NCBI GenBank assembly: GCA_951406725.2
Contig: OX597817.1
Span: 94,488,001-94,552,000 of the forward strand
Direction of reading: 5' to 3'
DNA length: 64,000 bases
Origin: Octopus vulgaris
Lineage: Eukaryota
Below, in pieces: positions 1 through 15,345 of this stretch; positions within the stretch are counted from its first letter, which is position 1; every line of letters begins with the position of its first letter. The notes beneath the pieces were generated by a model, which worked only from the letters and a program-made list of their open reading frames with translations, was not told where the DNA came from and ran no database searches. Both the position numbers and the translations under genes were made by a program.

Positions 1-1760
1 TCACTTGGTTCAAATGTCATCTCTTCTATAACTGGATGGTCTATTCAAAAGTGCAGAAAAATGTTCTATTCAGCGCTTATAAATAGAAGCGGTGTCAGTT
101 AGAAGCAAACGAGCTATCGAAGAAGATTTTGGGCTGTATAACTCCTTAACATAAGAGTACAAACCCTAGGCCTCATTTCTAGAAGCTGCTTCTTGTGCCC
201 CTTTTGCTCTATCATTCCACCATTCCTGTTCAATTTTCCTTAGAGCAGACTGCACTTTCCTTTTCAGCTTTGTGTAAGCTTCGTTTGCGTTAGGGTTCAA
301 GGGCCGAGAAAGGAGAGTATTGCCTAAGTTTTGTTTTTCTAAAAGTAGATCATAAATTTCTGCTGATCTATCTGAGAACTAGTCACTGGACCTACGTGAT
401 ATAAATCCCATTGACGAACTTGCAGTCTGAAATACGTTTGTCTTGAAATCTTCCCATAGATTGTTTGGGTCAAGATTGATACTTTCTATAGCATCGTGGA
501 ATCTTTGTAAGTTGCTTGATAATTTAAAGTTTGCAATATTTAACTTTTTGGGTACCTTAGGACCAGACTGTCAAAAATTCTATTTTTCTACGCACCCTCT
601 GTCCTCTCATGACCCGAACGCTAGAGACGTCTTTCATATCACGTTTTCTGATCAGAATATAATCTATGAGATGCCAGTTCTTAGATCTTGGGTACATCCA
701 GGTGGTTTTATATTTATTTTTCTGCTTAAACAGAGCTACTCCATTTTTATTGTATTTTCCAATCCCATGTCGACCTAAAATAGGCCATAAAACACAGTCC
801 TTTCCATCTCTTGCATTGAAATCTCCCAATATGACCAGCTTGTCAGAAATTGGTACTTTCCTCAATAATTGTGCAAGATCATCATAAAACTGTCCTACAG
901 TTTCATCAGAATGGGGCATTGTTGGTTCACAAATACTGACAACGGTAAGAAACCTACATTTTTGTCAGTTTACTACAGCGTGACATGATCCGTTCAGATA
1001 TACCACTTGGAAGCTCTACAATGGCGGATACTAATGTATTCTTAAGAGGAAACCCAGCACCAGACTCTCTATGCTGACCCTTAGGCAGGCCTCTCCAAAA
1101 ATAGGTACGTTCATTTACTTGACCTTCACCAGAGAGACGAGTTTCAGAGAGCGCAACTATATCAAGGGAATATTTCTTAAGCTAACATGCAATAAGTGCA
1201 GTACACCTTTCTGGCCTCTTGCTAAAATTATCAAGAAGTATGCGCACATTCCAACACCCAAATTCAAAGGATGTTTATTTTTACTTTTTCTTGAAGATTG
1301 TTTGACCACAGTGGCAGGATGACGACCGGGCTCAGCCTGTGATATACTGGGACACCTGTCGAGCCAGACATGTTCCCCTACGGTTCTCAAGCCTTTTTTG
1401 CTATTTACTGAATCTGTTTGAGACATTTTAGAGCAAGTTACAAGTGCATTTTTAGGTTTCTGCCAACCGACCATTTCAATGATTTTACTAAGATTTGGCA
1501 TACAGGAAGTACCTGTGCAGATGAATAATTTTCAGTGGATGTAGCTTGCACTGCATTACCCCCACCTAATGGCTCAAGAAGACTTTCGCCGGTGTGACAT
1601 GAAAATTGACAAAACCAAGGACTTCCAAGGCCTCAGGTTTTATTTCGGAGATTTCCTTCTCCTAGGTAGATTACCAACCAAGGTTAGAGAGCTTCTATCT
1701 GCCCATGAGGTAAGCTATCGTATTCCAGACACCATACCGACACTCAGACACTCTATAAAG
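1..1760 (-). mobile_element. RTE-clade LINE 5' part (5' UTR and APE endonuclease), decayed, runs off window start
   Basis: ORF 557-919 reads FYDDLAQLLRKVPISDKLVILGDFNAR...GRHGIGKYNKNG...TTWMYPRSKNWHLIDYIL, typical RTE APE motifs; frameshifted. Confidence 0.85.
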
Positions 1761-1957
1761 TGATCAAATATCACTCCGGTGACCGACGCGCAGTAGCTCA
1801 TTCATACATAAGAAAAAGAAAAGAAAAGTACTATATGGGATGTGCAAATGTAAATAAGAATTAAATATGAATAATATATATATATAAATATAAAAAGTAA
1901 AAGATAGGCAAGTGAAAAATATAAAGTAAGACTTAACTATAAATAATATACTATTTA

Positions 1958-2151
1958 CTCCTTACTCTTTTACTTGTTTAAGTCATTTGACTGCGGCCAT
2001 GCTGGAACACCGCCTTTAGTCGAGCAAATCGACCCCGTGACTTATTCTTTGTAAGCCCAGTATTTATTCTATCGGTCTCTTTTGCCGAACCGCTAAGTGA
2101 CGGGGACGTAAACACACCGGCATCGGTTGTCAGGCAATGCTAGGGGGACAA

Positions 2152-2184
<33 letters not shown>

Positions 2185-2340
2185 ACAGGCTTCTTTCAGT
2201 TTCCGTCTGCCAAATCCACTTACAAGGCATTGGTCGGCCCGGGGCTATAGCAGAAGACACTTGCCCAAGTTGCCACGCAGTGGGACTGAACCCGGAACCA
2301 TGTGGTTGGTAAGCAAGCTACTTACCACACAGCCACTCCA
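1958..2340 (-). mobile_element. tRNA-derived SINE, family A
   Basis: Minus strand GGAGTGGCTGTGTGGTAAG (A box)...GGTTCAGTCCC (B box); internal TA/CA microsatellite; same family at 6744, 8481, 9444 and 12400. Confidence 0.85.
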
Positions 2341-2597
2341 GTATATAAAAGTAAAATATACATATACATATATACATATATGGAAAAAGATATATACATA
2401 TTTACAGATATTTTGTTGGATGGCCGTTGACTGTTCAGGAGTTCCTCCGCCCTTTGACGGGTCTTATTTTTCATCCCGCAGGGTGTCCAACAACACCCTC
2501 CTCACCAAGCAAGCCTGGTGGGGTTGCCAGTCTAGGTTGTACTGGATTACATGTTATCAGTAGCACTCAAGAGCGACCTGACATACCTATGTATAAA

Positions 2598-2638
<41 letters not shown>

Positions 2639-2833
2639 GCGCGTATAATATCTATATGCGTGTGTCTGTGTGTGTCTGTGTGTTACATATAAATATTGGT
2701 TAGTTATTATCATTTATTTAATATATTAAGTCTTTCGGTCCCTCTCAGTCCTCGGCTTTTGTAATGTATTCTAATGACCTCAACCCAGTCCACATCTCAA
2801 TATCATAGAGTTACCAATATCGAAGCTGCTTTA

Positions 2834-3040
2834 AGGTGGCGAGCTGGCAGAAACGTTAGCACAACGGGCGAAATGCTTAGCGGTATTTAGTCTGCTGCTA
2901 CGTTCTGAGTTCAAATTTCGTCGAGATCGTCTTTGCCTTTCATCCTTTCAGGGTCAATAAATTAAGTAATAGTTGTGTACTGTGGTTGATCTAATCGACT
3001 GGCCCCCTATCCCAAAATTTCGAGCATAGAGTAGAAAAGA
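2834..3040 (+). mobile_element. tRNA-derived SINE, family B (Deu/Nin-like core)
   Basis: aaggtggcgagctggcagaa...gagttcaaat...gcctttcatcctttcagggtcaataaattaagt; homologous copy at 19578-19818 (-). Confidence 0.75.
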
Positions 3041-3599
3041 ATATCCAAGTTGCTTTCTTTTATCTTCAATTCTTCTAAACATAATCGTATATGTGAGTCA
3101 CTCACATTCACAATATTCATATGACCAGTCCTTTGCATTTTTCTTCACCTTTCTCAGTTTATCTTCCCGACCAGCTCATTTATTTGCTCTAAGAATGATT
3201 GGTTGGTCAAGCAGTTTTTCAGAATGATGCTGAGAATTCTGCGAAAGCATATTTGGAATATTCATGATTTTAGTTATCGTAGATTGTATTAAGCTTAGTT
3301 TATCGCGCATTGCAATGTTCTTACTAATCCAGATTTTATTCGCTTTTGTTAATTATGCTGCTGCCATTGCAAATTCGCCTCTTTATCTCGATTTCATACA
3401 CTATATTTTCGTTGATTAGAGTCACCAAATGAAATAAAGTGTCCACTTATACTATCTGAATATCATTGAATTAAACTCCAATTTTAATTTCATTGCTTGT
3501 TCGGCGTGTTCATCCCCTGTCACCATGACCTGAACTTCTTTTTTACAGTTGATTTCCGTACCATATTTACTTAAACCAAGATCTAGTGTACTCGTGTTA

Positions 3600-4060
3600 T
3601 CAGATATAATTTGCCTTTAGAACCTTAAAATAAAACTAGGAACCAACCTTATATGAGCCAAATATCCCGATACAAGGACCTTAACTTCCTACAAATATTT
3701 TATAAACCTCACAACAAACCATGCACCAAATATGCTATTCAGTAAATACTTACAGCAATACAGAAACGTGTAAGAAATTTCAGCTCTGATGAAGCAACTT
3801 TTCAAGGGGGCTTTGACTTAGTAAGATCAGGGACTCATGGCAAAGATGTTAATAGCATATATCTGACCCAAAAAACATCAACAAATAGAGTAATGCGAGA
3901 AATGTGATCTGATTCAATCGATAAACCACACCACAGCAAAACAGTCATATCCATTTGCAGAATTAGTATGAAATTTCAGTATTTGGGGGGGGATAGGATA
4001 GATCATCGGTAAGGTCACACATTATGACACACTAACTTCTTCTTCAAAAAAAAAAAACTG
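3600..4060 (+). mobile_element. Very decayed Penelope-like fragment
   Basis: RNVI*FN remnant (cgagaaatgtgatctgattcaat) resembles the PLE RNIIWFNPP motif. Confidence 0.35.
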
Positions 4061-4172
4061 ACAAAATCAGTGGAAGATCGCCCCGTCAAAAAGGGTTTTA
4101 TCCATTTCAGTCGATCAATACGTACACGCATGCACATACATGTATACATGCATAGGTAATTTACATGCATGC

Positions 4173-4211
<39 letters not shown>

Positions 4212-4416
4212 CAAAATAAATGTTTAAGTGAAATTTATACACAGTAAATGTTTAATTAAAAATACAGAAAAGGCCAAAGTTTTCAGTTAAAGTGATATAC
4301 ATTTTGCAACTACTGTCTGTAAGTGGTAAAATTTAAATATTTAAGAATCTTCTGAACACCTATCATCATTGTTCATATCCAAATTCTAGCGATTTGAAAC
4401 AAATTTCTTCTTATTG

Positions 4417-4468
<52 letters not shown>

Positions 4469-4483
4469 ACACACACACATGCA

Positions 4484-4533
<50 letters not shown>

Positions 4534-4671
4534 GTGTAGGTATCAGTTAGAAGAGTTTAAAACCTCTAAGGGATAATTAAATCCAAAGGTGCTCCTGGTG
4601 ATTACCTCAGCAGGTACAGTCCTTTGTAAAGTTGTACGGAGGTAGTTCGGTGGGTAAACCGAGGCTTAGAT

Positions 4672-4890
4672 TATATACGAGAAGAAAATGGATGTAAATA
4701 GCAAGGAGAAATTCGTCGTTTTCGCTGGTATGTGTTTAATTTTATTAATTAACAAAGAAGAAGGTAGCATTTACTAAATTGAAACGATCGTAAATGCTAC
4801 CTTCTTCTTTGTTAATTAATAAAATTAAAGACATCAGCGAAAACGATGAATCTCTCCTTGTCATTTACATCCATTTTCTTCTCGTATATA
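4672..4890. repeat. Hairpin, about 100-bp arms and 15-nt loop, probable PLE terminus
   Basis: tatatacgagaagaaaatgg...gtagcatttac / gtaaatgctac...ccattttcttctcgtatata; loop holds gaaacgatc. Confidence 0.9.
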
Positions 4891-4938
4891 TATATATATA
4901 TATACATACATACATACATACATACATACATACATACA

Positions 4939-4970
<32 letters not shown>

Positions 4971-5113
4971 CATATATATATATACTGCTACACGTGTTTC
5001 TTGAGGTTCGTTTTACCGTTCCTTAAACACGCAGTCTTTTACAGGAACATTTCTTAAACGCTACCCCAATACATATATATATGGAGTGGGTCTTGGGTAC
5101 ATCTATATATATA

Positions 5114-5339
5114 CAGGGTTGGCCAAAAGTCCCTCGACAGTAAATCGAAATTCCATAAATACTTAATATTCAGTTTTATTTATTCATTTAGAAAAATGTG
5201 TCGCTCAAGAAGGACCAGCCAGTTTGAACAATTTTCATGATGCTTTATATTTAGACACTTTTATTAAATTTATTCAGTTGTTAAACATAAATATATCTTG
5301 GAAATAAATTTATTGTCAGGTGACTTTTGGCCAACCCTG
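5114..5339. mobile_element. Tc1/mariner-type MITE
   Basis: TIRs cagggttggccaaaagtc / gacttttggccaaccctg, TA on both sides. Confidence 0.9.
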
Positions 5340-5375
5340 TATATGTTTATATATGTGTGTGTGTGTGCATATATA

Positions 5376-5427
<52 letters not shown>

Positions 5428-5677
5428 GTAAAATATGAAAAATCAACGAAAATGCATACTGCAAATAGAAAAAGGCTATTTATGACAGGTAGTGACAAAT
5501 ATATACATTTAGATTGACTGAGGTAGTAATACGAGTCATAAAGGTCATTATTATGAGATGATTATAAGATGATAATAAAGTAAGAGAACAAAACGAACCA
5601 ATGGTTTATGCGAAGGTTATTCATTTTACCCTTACATTTCCACGTGTATTTTATATTTTCTTTTCGTAACATATTTC

Positions 5678-5736
<59 letters not shown>

Positions 5737-7681
5737 TGCATGTATGTATACATGCACATCTACGCGTGCACACGCATCTTACAAGCATATACATATGTGT
5801 GAAGAGAGAGAGAGAGAGAGAGGGAGAGAAAGAGATATAGAAAAAAGAGAGACAGACAGACAGACCACGATAAAAAAGGGATATTGAAAGGAGACCGATT
5901 CTGCAGCAAAGTATTATTAAAAAGAAAAGGAAACAAATAAGGTTTATTGAAATAATTGAGAACATTTCTTTTGGACAAACAGAAATACCTTTTTGTTCTC
6001 TATTTGTCACTTCTGTCTTATTAAATAAAAAGTAGAAAAATTAATCAATAATTCTTTGCGTGTGATTGGAATGGCTTTTATGGAGACAACAAATGTCCAA
6101 GTGTCCGACTGTTCAATGAGCACTGAGATCATTCAGACTGGTTATTTGTTTAAACGAACTTCAATGTATTCAACACATTTTAGTTCAGATATCGTTCCAA
6201 TAAAAATTTTAATCTTCAATACAAAAACAAAAAACGAAAGAAAATGTAGAGAATGAACAATCTCCAAAGAAACACCTTGGATCAATGCATTTACACAACT
6301 CTCCCGCTTGAGCACGTTACATCAATAAGATTCCTTTCTTTCATTCATTCATTCATTCTTTCTTTCTTTCTGTTTCTTCCTTTCTTTTTTCCATTCCTTT
6401 CTTTTTTCTATTTCTTCCTTCTCGCAAACACTCTCCCCATTCAAAATGTTTCACCTTTTCGTTTCACTTTGTATAATTCTATATTAACACACATTGTCAC
6501 GTAAACCAACAGCCCCATCGTATTACTGGAAATTATTTCATCTACTCTGCATGTGTGCAAATGTGTGTGGTTGGGGTAAAAGGGTGTTTGTGGTGGAGGG
6601 GAAAATGCGTGTGGTGGGAATGAAAAAATGTGATGAGGTGAAAAAGAGGATATTTGAACTGAGAAAATAAAAACAATTTTAATAAACAATAATTCAATCA
6701 ATGAAAAAGGAGATGAAGAAAGCTTCTAACAATGCAGAGATGTATGGTAAGAAGCTTGCTTCCCAACCACAAGGTTCCGGGTTCAGTCTCACTGCATGGC
6801 ACCTAAGGAAGGTGTCTTCTACTATAGACAGTCCAGTCAAAGCCCTGTGTGTGGGTTTGGTTGACGGGAACTGAAAGAAGTCCGTCATATGTTTGTATAT
6901 ATATATATTTGTTTGTGTGTACATGTGTGTGTAGAACCTCTTGCCATTGTTTTCGTTCTTCTAGTAAATATTATTTTCCTGGGGTTGGTGGTATCAACTA
7001 ACCTCCTGTCCCCAAGATTGTTGGCCTTGCGCCTAAATCAGAAACTATTATTTTTTATGTTACAATACATTTTAAACACAGACAGAAAGAAAGAGAGAAA
7101 AGGAGGAAAAGAGAGTGAGAGAGAAAGACAGAATGGGAGAATAACTAAAGACACATTGACGTCACAAACTTTTGTTACGTCTTTCTATGGTTCCTTCAGT
7201 TCTTTTTGAAGTTTCTATATAACTCTCGCCCTCTTTCTCTTGGATATTTACTTTAACCTCCACATTCGCTCAGCTTTCCACTTCTTAGAATCCTCTATTT
7301 TACATTCGCTTTCCTCCCCTCCTTCCCCTCTCTCTTTCTCGCCTCTCCCCCTCTTTCTTTCTCTGCTGTCACCTCTCCCTCTTTCTCTTCTCTCTCGCCT
7401 TTTCTCTCCCTCCATCTTTCTCTGTATCTCTCTCTTTCTATTTCTATTTCTGTCTGTCTGTCTGTCTCTCTGTCTTTGTTTCTCTCCCTTCTTTCACTCT
7501 CTATCTATATATATCTAGCTATCCCACAACGTTTCTGTCTTTCTTTCGCTTCATTGCTTCTACTGTTTCCGTCTCTCCCTTCTCTTTGTCTCTCTCTCTT
7601 TCTCTCTCTCTCATTCTCTCAACACACACACACACATATAGACGGAAACTGAAAGAAGCCCGTCGTATATATATATATATA

Positions 7682-8430
<749 letters not shown>

Positions 8431-8480
8431 AATTTATATAAATAAGGATAAGATCGTTATATATATATATATATATATAT

Positions 8481-10196
<1,716 letters not shown>

Positions 10197-10197
10197 G

Positions 10198-12395
10198 TAG
10201 TAATCCACCTGGCAAACGGCACAAAACAGTCACAAAAAATACTCAATTTTCGGAGGGATACGCTCCCTTTGAACACACTTGTCGCCGCTAAAACACAATC
10301 ACAGGCAAACAAATGCGTGGAAATTAGTGGAGGTTCCCTGCTAAAACAAAAAAAAATATTAAATATGAGCAACGAAGCCACACTGAATCCCCCACCCAAA
10401 AAAACCAAATGTCTTACCTAACTGTTGTGCTAAAAACACAGCAAATTCTTCTGGCCGTCCTAGTACTCCCGGCCGAACTTGGTAATCCTTCTGGCAAGGG
10501 CACAAAGCTGTCACACAAATAACACAATATTCGCCCCCAAAACACACTTCCCACCGCTCACCGACCGACAAACCCTCGAATACAAAGTTTCTTACAACAA
10601 TACAAAATTTTCTTACAACAATTCTCTTTGTCAGGTCCCCCAAGCTAAGTGACTTGCCGCCTGCAGACAACTCTGCATCGATAGGTCGGGGCCTGCAAAG
10701 AGGAAAGCAAATTCTCCCTTGACAAAATTTTTTCCGTTACTACCTCCGCAGCCACCTGCGGAGGCCATATCAGACTAATTGGACAGACCGAGTACACACG
10801 TTCTCGGTCACCCAAGCCGTCCAAAAATTTACTCACCGTCCCTCCCTCGTGGTAAAGGAGGAGAAACACCTCCTCTTCACAGGAAGGGACCTCACACTGC
10901 TCCGTCAGTGGCACACTTTCCACTGACGGAGCCCTATCCGCAGGTGGCACACATCCCACCTGCGGCTCTGTCAGCGGCCCAGGAACATCCCCCGACCGTC
11001 CTCTGCTCCTCTTTTTCCTCTTTCTTTTTGAGGCTGCGGGAGCAGGGGCCTGCGTCGACAGACGCGGGGGGTCGCTACCCTCCTCCGCCGCCTGAACATT
11101 CTTTGGCGAGCAACCATTGTTACTCGCCTTTCTTTTTCTTTTCGTGGAGGCAACTTCCTCCACGACTTCCACTATCTCCCCCTCCAATGAGGGGGCGGCA
11201 GGCACGTTCTCTTTCTCATGCTCCAGGGCCCCACCACGGAAAGTTCCTTTTGATATGGCCAGGCTCCAGGCGCAGGTGAAACTTGGGGGGGGGCGTCCCT
11301 CAAGTATCACCGGGTACCTGTACCCGGCCATTTTTAGGAAATCCGGAAACATCATGTCTCCCACGGCCACCGGGGTCCACAGGGTCAAAGTTGCCTTTGA
11401 CCCCTCCCAGTTGACCGCGGGAGCAATCTTCACACTCAATAGCCTGGGCCCGCTATCCCCCAGGCCTCGCGGGATGGTCTTCTCGATCCATCCTGCCTCC
11501 GTGCCCGGGGGCAACCCGCACACCCAGGCTCTTCTTATCTTTCTTCCACAATAAGTGGAGAGGAACAAAATTTCTTTTCCCTCAAAGGGCTCGCTGGCAA
11601 ATCTGCCAGCTTCCTCGGAGGTACCAAACAACAACCACACTGTTGCAAACTTGGTCCCCCGTGAAATAAATTTTATAGTTGGCAGGTAGTCTGCCAACTC
11701 TCTATTACGCTCTTGTCGAAGAGGGCGATGGCACCACACGACCTAGAATAGGTCCGTAGTACCACCGTCCTCTTCTCAAGATCTTTAAAATCCACTGTTT
11801 CGGTGGGACCACCTCCCACTCCAAAGCAGCGGCCCCGTTTATTTTTGCCATGTGCAAAAAAGAAAGTCTTAAAAGTTCCAAATGAAGTTCAAAGTTCAAA
11901 GAGAATGTAAAAAAAAAAAGTAAGTCCAAAAATTAATTAGCAATTCAAAAAGAAAGAAAAAAAATCAGAATGGATAAACAGGAAATAGAAAACAGTTCAC
12001 ACAGCAAAAATCCAGTTGGCCAACAGGTAATCCCGGCCTAATGTGAATAGGTTCCTTGACACAAATCTTTTTTGTTGTCCGGTAATTCAAACAATACAGC
12101 CAACGGTAGCTGCAACAGCAAAAGGTTCTATTCAGGCGAGGATACGCCCCACCAAAAATGAATCCAATAAATTATTAATACACAAAAACAGCAGCCGCCG
12201 AGAGCAGGCGAAATTGTCCCAGAGCTGGGCGCAATTTACTGAAGAAATAATTCGCACGCAATAAATTATGCCCAGCTTACAACAAACAAAATCACCTACC
12301 TCGACAAACTTCTCTGTTTTTGTTCTTTTTTCTTTTTAGGACGGAGCTCAAAGCTCATCTCCTCACTGTTCACTGGCAAGAAGTCGACTCGACGC
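10198..12395 (-). mobile_element. Tx1/L1-type element with ORF1 only, frameshifted
   Basis: GC-rich ORF 10645-11739 (IKFISRG...FLSTYCGRKIRRAWVCGLPP...EGRPP plus decayed zinc knuckle and K/R-rich tail); N-terminus near 11850; homologous to 24700-26000. Confidence 0.65.
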
Positions 12396-14216
12396 GCATG
12401 TGCGGAAGCAAGCTTCTTACCGCACAGCCACTCCTGCGCCTACACTCACACACACACACACACCATATACACACACACATATGTATATATAATTAGTGTA
12501 CATTTATACACACAAGAGGTGAGCCTTACATGCTAAAAGGAGCAGTCAAAGCCCAAACCAAGGTTATATATATGTGTGTGTGTGCGCGCGCGCGCTTGTG
12601 TGTGTGTGTGTGCGCGCGCGCTTGTATGTGTGTGTTGTTTTGCAAACAACTTGCACATGCAAGTGCTACCAGTTGAGAACTCCGCATACAGGAAGCCAGC
12701 AAGTATATGGGGGTCATCGACGGCATCACTGATGTGAGGCCCGCTTGCTAGGTCAACTTTATATTAAATAAAGCTCAATATTCTTCTAGCCATCGCTCAT
12801 CGTCTCTTTTTAACCAAATCCAGTGGCTAGCCTTTTCCACTGTAGTTTGGATATCGCTCATGGTGGTGTTTACTTTACGATGAGTTAGGCCTAACGATAA
12901 CACGAGTCGTCTCACACTGTGTCCAACAAACCCTCTACACCCGACTTCAACTAGGAAATGCTCCACTTTCCAGCCTGCGTCTTCACATTCCTCGAGGAGG
13001 TTTACATAACGTTCAATCTTCATGAGGAACCGTTAACTCGACTAGATTCACAACTTATTTTCTTTCACACCACATTAAAATGTCCGTGTTTTTCGTAACT
13101 GGAATGGGAAAGAGTCGTTCCACTTTTCATCGCTCACAGGAAGTTTGTTGTTCTTCTGTTTCAAGAAGATCCGCTGTCCTGAGCGCACGGAGGTAATGAA
13201 GTCTCTAATTGGCACTGTCAACGTTTCTTTTTTCACTGTTGTTGAGATCAATTTAGTTCTTTATAGCATTGAAGATAACCTTAAGGACCAGGTTGTGTCT
13301 CCATGAATACCTGTTCAATGCTAGCGAACAGTTGGAAAGAATATGTTTCAATGTTCCGACCTTTCCGCATTTGCATATATCATTCTTTGAGACGTTCCAT
13401 CTTACTAGATCTGCAGGTGATGACAAGACATCATAGGATGAACGAATCAGAAACCTTAGCTGAGATGTGGACCACCTCCATACCTCATTCCAACTTATTT
13501 TCCTCTCAACAACATATTCCTCCCATCTCGTCATCTGTACTTGTTGAATGCATTGGATAAAATGAAGTTCACTTCTCTCTGCTTCCCTCTGCTATCAACA
13601 GATCTGCGTTAGCTCATAATTGCAAACTGTCTGAACCGATCTGCGCTAACACCAAGTCCCTTCCGATGAATTTGCGTTGCACTCACCATATATCGGTGTG
13701 TAAGAGAAGCCAGGATGTCACCAGGCTCTGCTCCTGCTTTCTATTTCCTGGCTGTTTTCACATCTAGTGGATTACGCCTGATTTCCATGTTCTTTAACTC
13801 TCTCAGCATCATCACTGTTCGTACCTTCCCCAGTCTATATATTGCAACTATTGACGCCAGTGGTAATTGCAACTAGCCTCTTTTACAATAAAGAGCTGAA
13901 CTGTTCAATATCCGAGGTAAGCCTAGCCACTCGCTGATGAACACATTACATTTTTGTTCAATGATTTGAACTCGTGACAATGCTACCTCGTAAATTAAAA
14001 GTGGCCACGAAAGTCACGGATACAAGCCGCACTGTAAGCACCAAATTTTATACATTATTTACATTCGACGGATATTTGTCCTCATCTTGTTTGTTGTTAA
14101 CACAACATTTCGAATGATATACCCTCCAGCCTTCTTCAGGTGTCTAGGAGAAATTTCGAACCTGGATTCTCATTCCTAAAGGTATTTTTCGATGTTATTA
14201 TTATTATTATTGTTCA

Positions 14217-14289
14217 TGTTAGTGCTTGGAATTGAACTGGGAATCTTGGGGTTAGTAGCCCACGCTCTTAACCACTACGCCATATGACC
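14217..14289 (-). ncRNA. tRNA-like (Pol III A/B box) sequence in the PLE 3' region
   Basis: GGTCATATGGCGTAGTGGTTAAGAGCGTGGGCTACTAACCCCAAGATTCCCAGTTCAATTCC; imperfect stems, so not a functional tRNA gene. Confidence 0.7.
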
Positions 14290-15301
14290 GTGGAGTGAAT
14301 TTTAGGGCTTATAAATCTAATATTTTCCTATCTTTCCTTAATATCGGTTCCCATATGCTGTTCATATCTGCACTCGGTCTGTTTAGAAAGTTGTGCCCTA
14401 AAATATGTGCTGCTTCTTTTAGTTTTCGTATTTTCCAGTGTTCTCTGTCTATTATTTTAACTTCATCCCACAGGGGGAGGTGGTCTCCATTTTACCATAC
14501 ATGATCAGCTATACCCGATTTATTAATATCTCTCCGTGTCATAGCTTTGCGATGTTCTTCTACCCTTATTTTGAGGGAGCGGCATGTTTCGCTTTTGTAT
14601 AACCTCCAACAGCTGCATGGGATTGAGTACACGCAGTTCTTGGTCATATTCTCTTCTATTAGTGGTTTTACTCGGAGATATTTGCGAAGTGTTGTATTAC
14701 TTTTGAATACTGTCCTGATGTCATATGGGCCGCATATCTTTTGTATCTTTTCGGAGAGGCCTTTCACATAGGGTAGACAGACAGTGGACAGTTTTTTGGC
14801 TTCATCCTCTCTCTCTTCTTGTTATTGGAGTGGATAGTATACTTTTGGATCGTTATTGAGTTTGATCATTTCTTCGTGGTGTGTATTACGATCGCTACTT
14901 ATATTCTTTGCTCAATGTTTTAGGCACTGTGTGGATGGTGGGAATTGAAATTCAGGTATCATCCAGTAAAGGTCGGCTTGCGGTATACGGATGTCCTGAA
15001 TCCATACTTGATGCGTGCTATTAATACGTCCAGAAATGCCAGCTGATTGTCTTTTTCCTTTTCCATTTTGAACTATGTGGGTGGCTTTATTGAGTTCACA
15101 TGATCCAACAGCCATTGGACATCTTCCTAGTGTGGCCAGAGTATAAAGGTGTCATCAACATATCTTAGTCATAGTGTTGGTTTTAGTGGTGTTGATCCTA
15201 AAGCCAAATTCTCAAAGTATTCCATGTATATATTGACTATTGCTGGTGAAAATGGCGAGCCCATAACTAAATCCTCCTCTTGTCGATATATTTCCCCCAA
15301 G

Positions 15302-15345
15302 ACACCTGAAGAAAGCTGGAGGGTATATCAGCCGAAACGTTGTTT
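15302..15345 (+). ncRNA. Hammerhead motif of the pLTR (second copy 14100-14143, minus)
   Basis: Consensus of the two copies: ACAC CUGAAGA AGGCUG-loop-CAGCC GAAAC GUU GUGU; each copy has separate mutations. Confidence 0.75.

Noticed and set aside
10779-11554. Plus-strand ORFs of 166 and 145 aa
   Set aside because: Antisense shadows of the GC-rich ORF1
14217-14289. Functional tRNA-Ser(ACT) gene
   Set aside because: Mismatched acceptor and T stems and an unusual anticodon; treated as tRNA-derived
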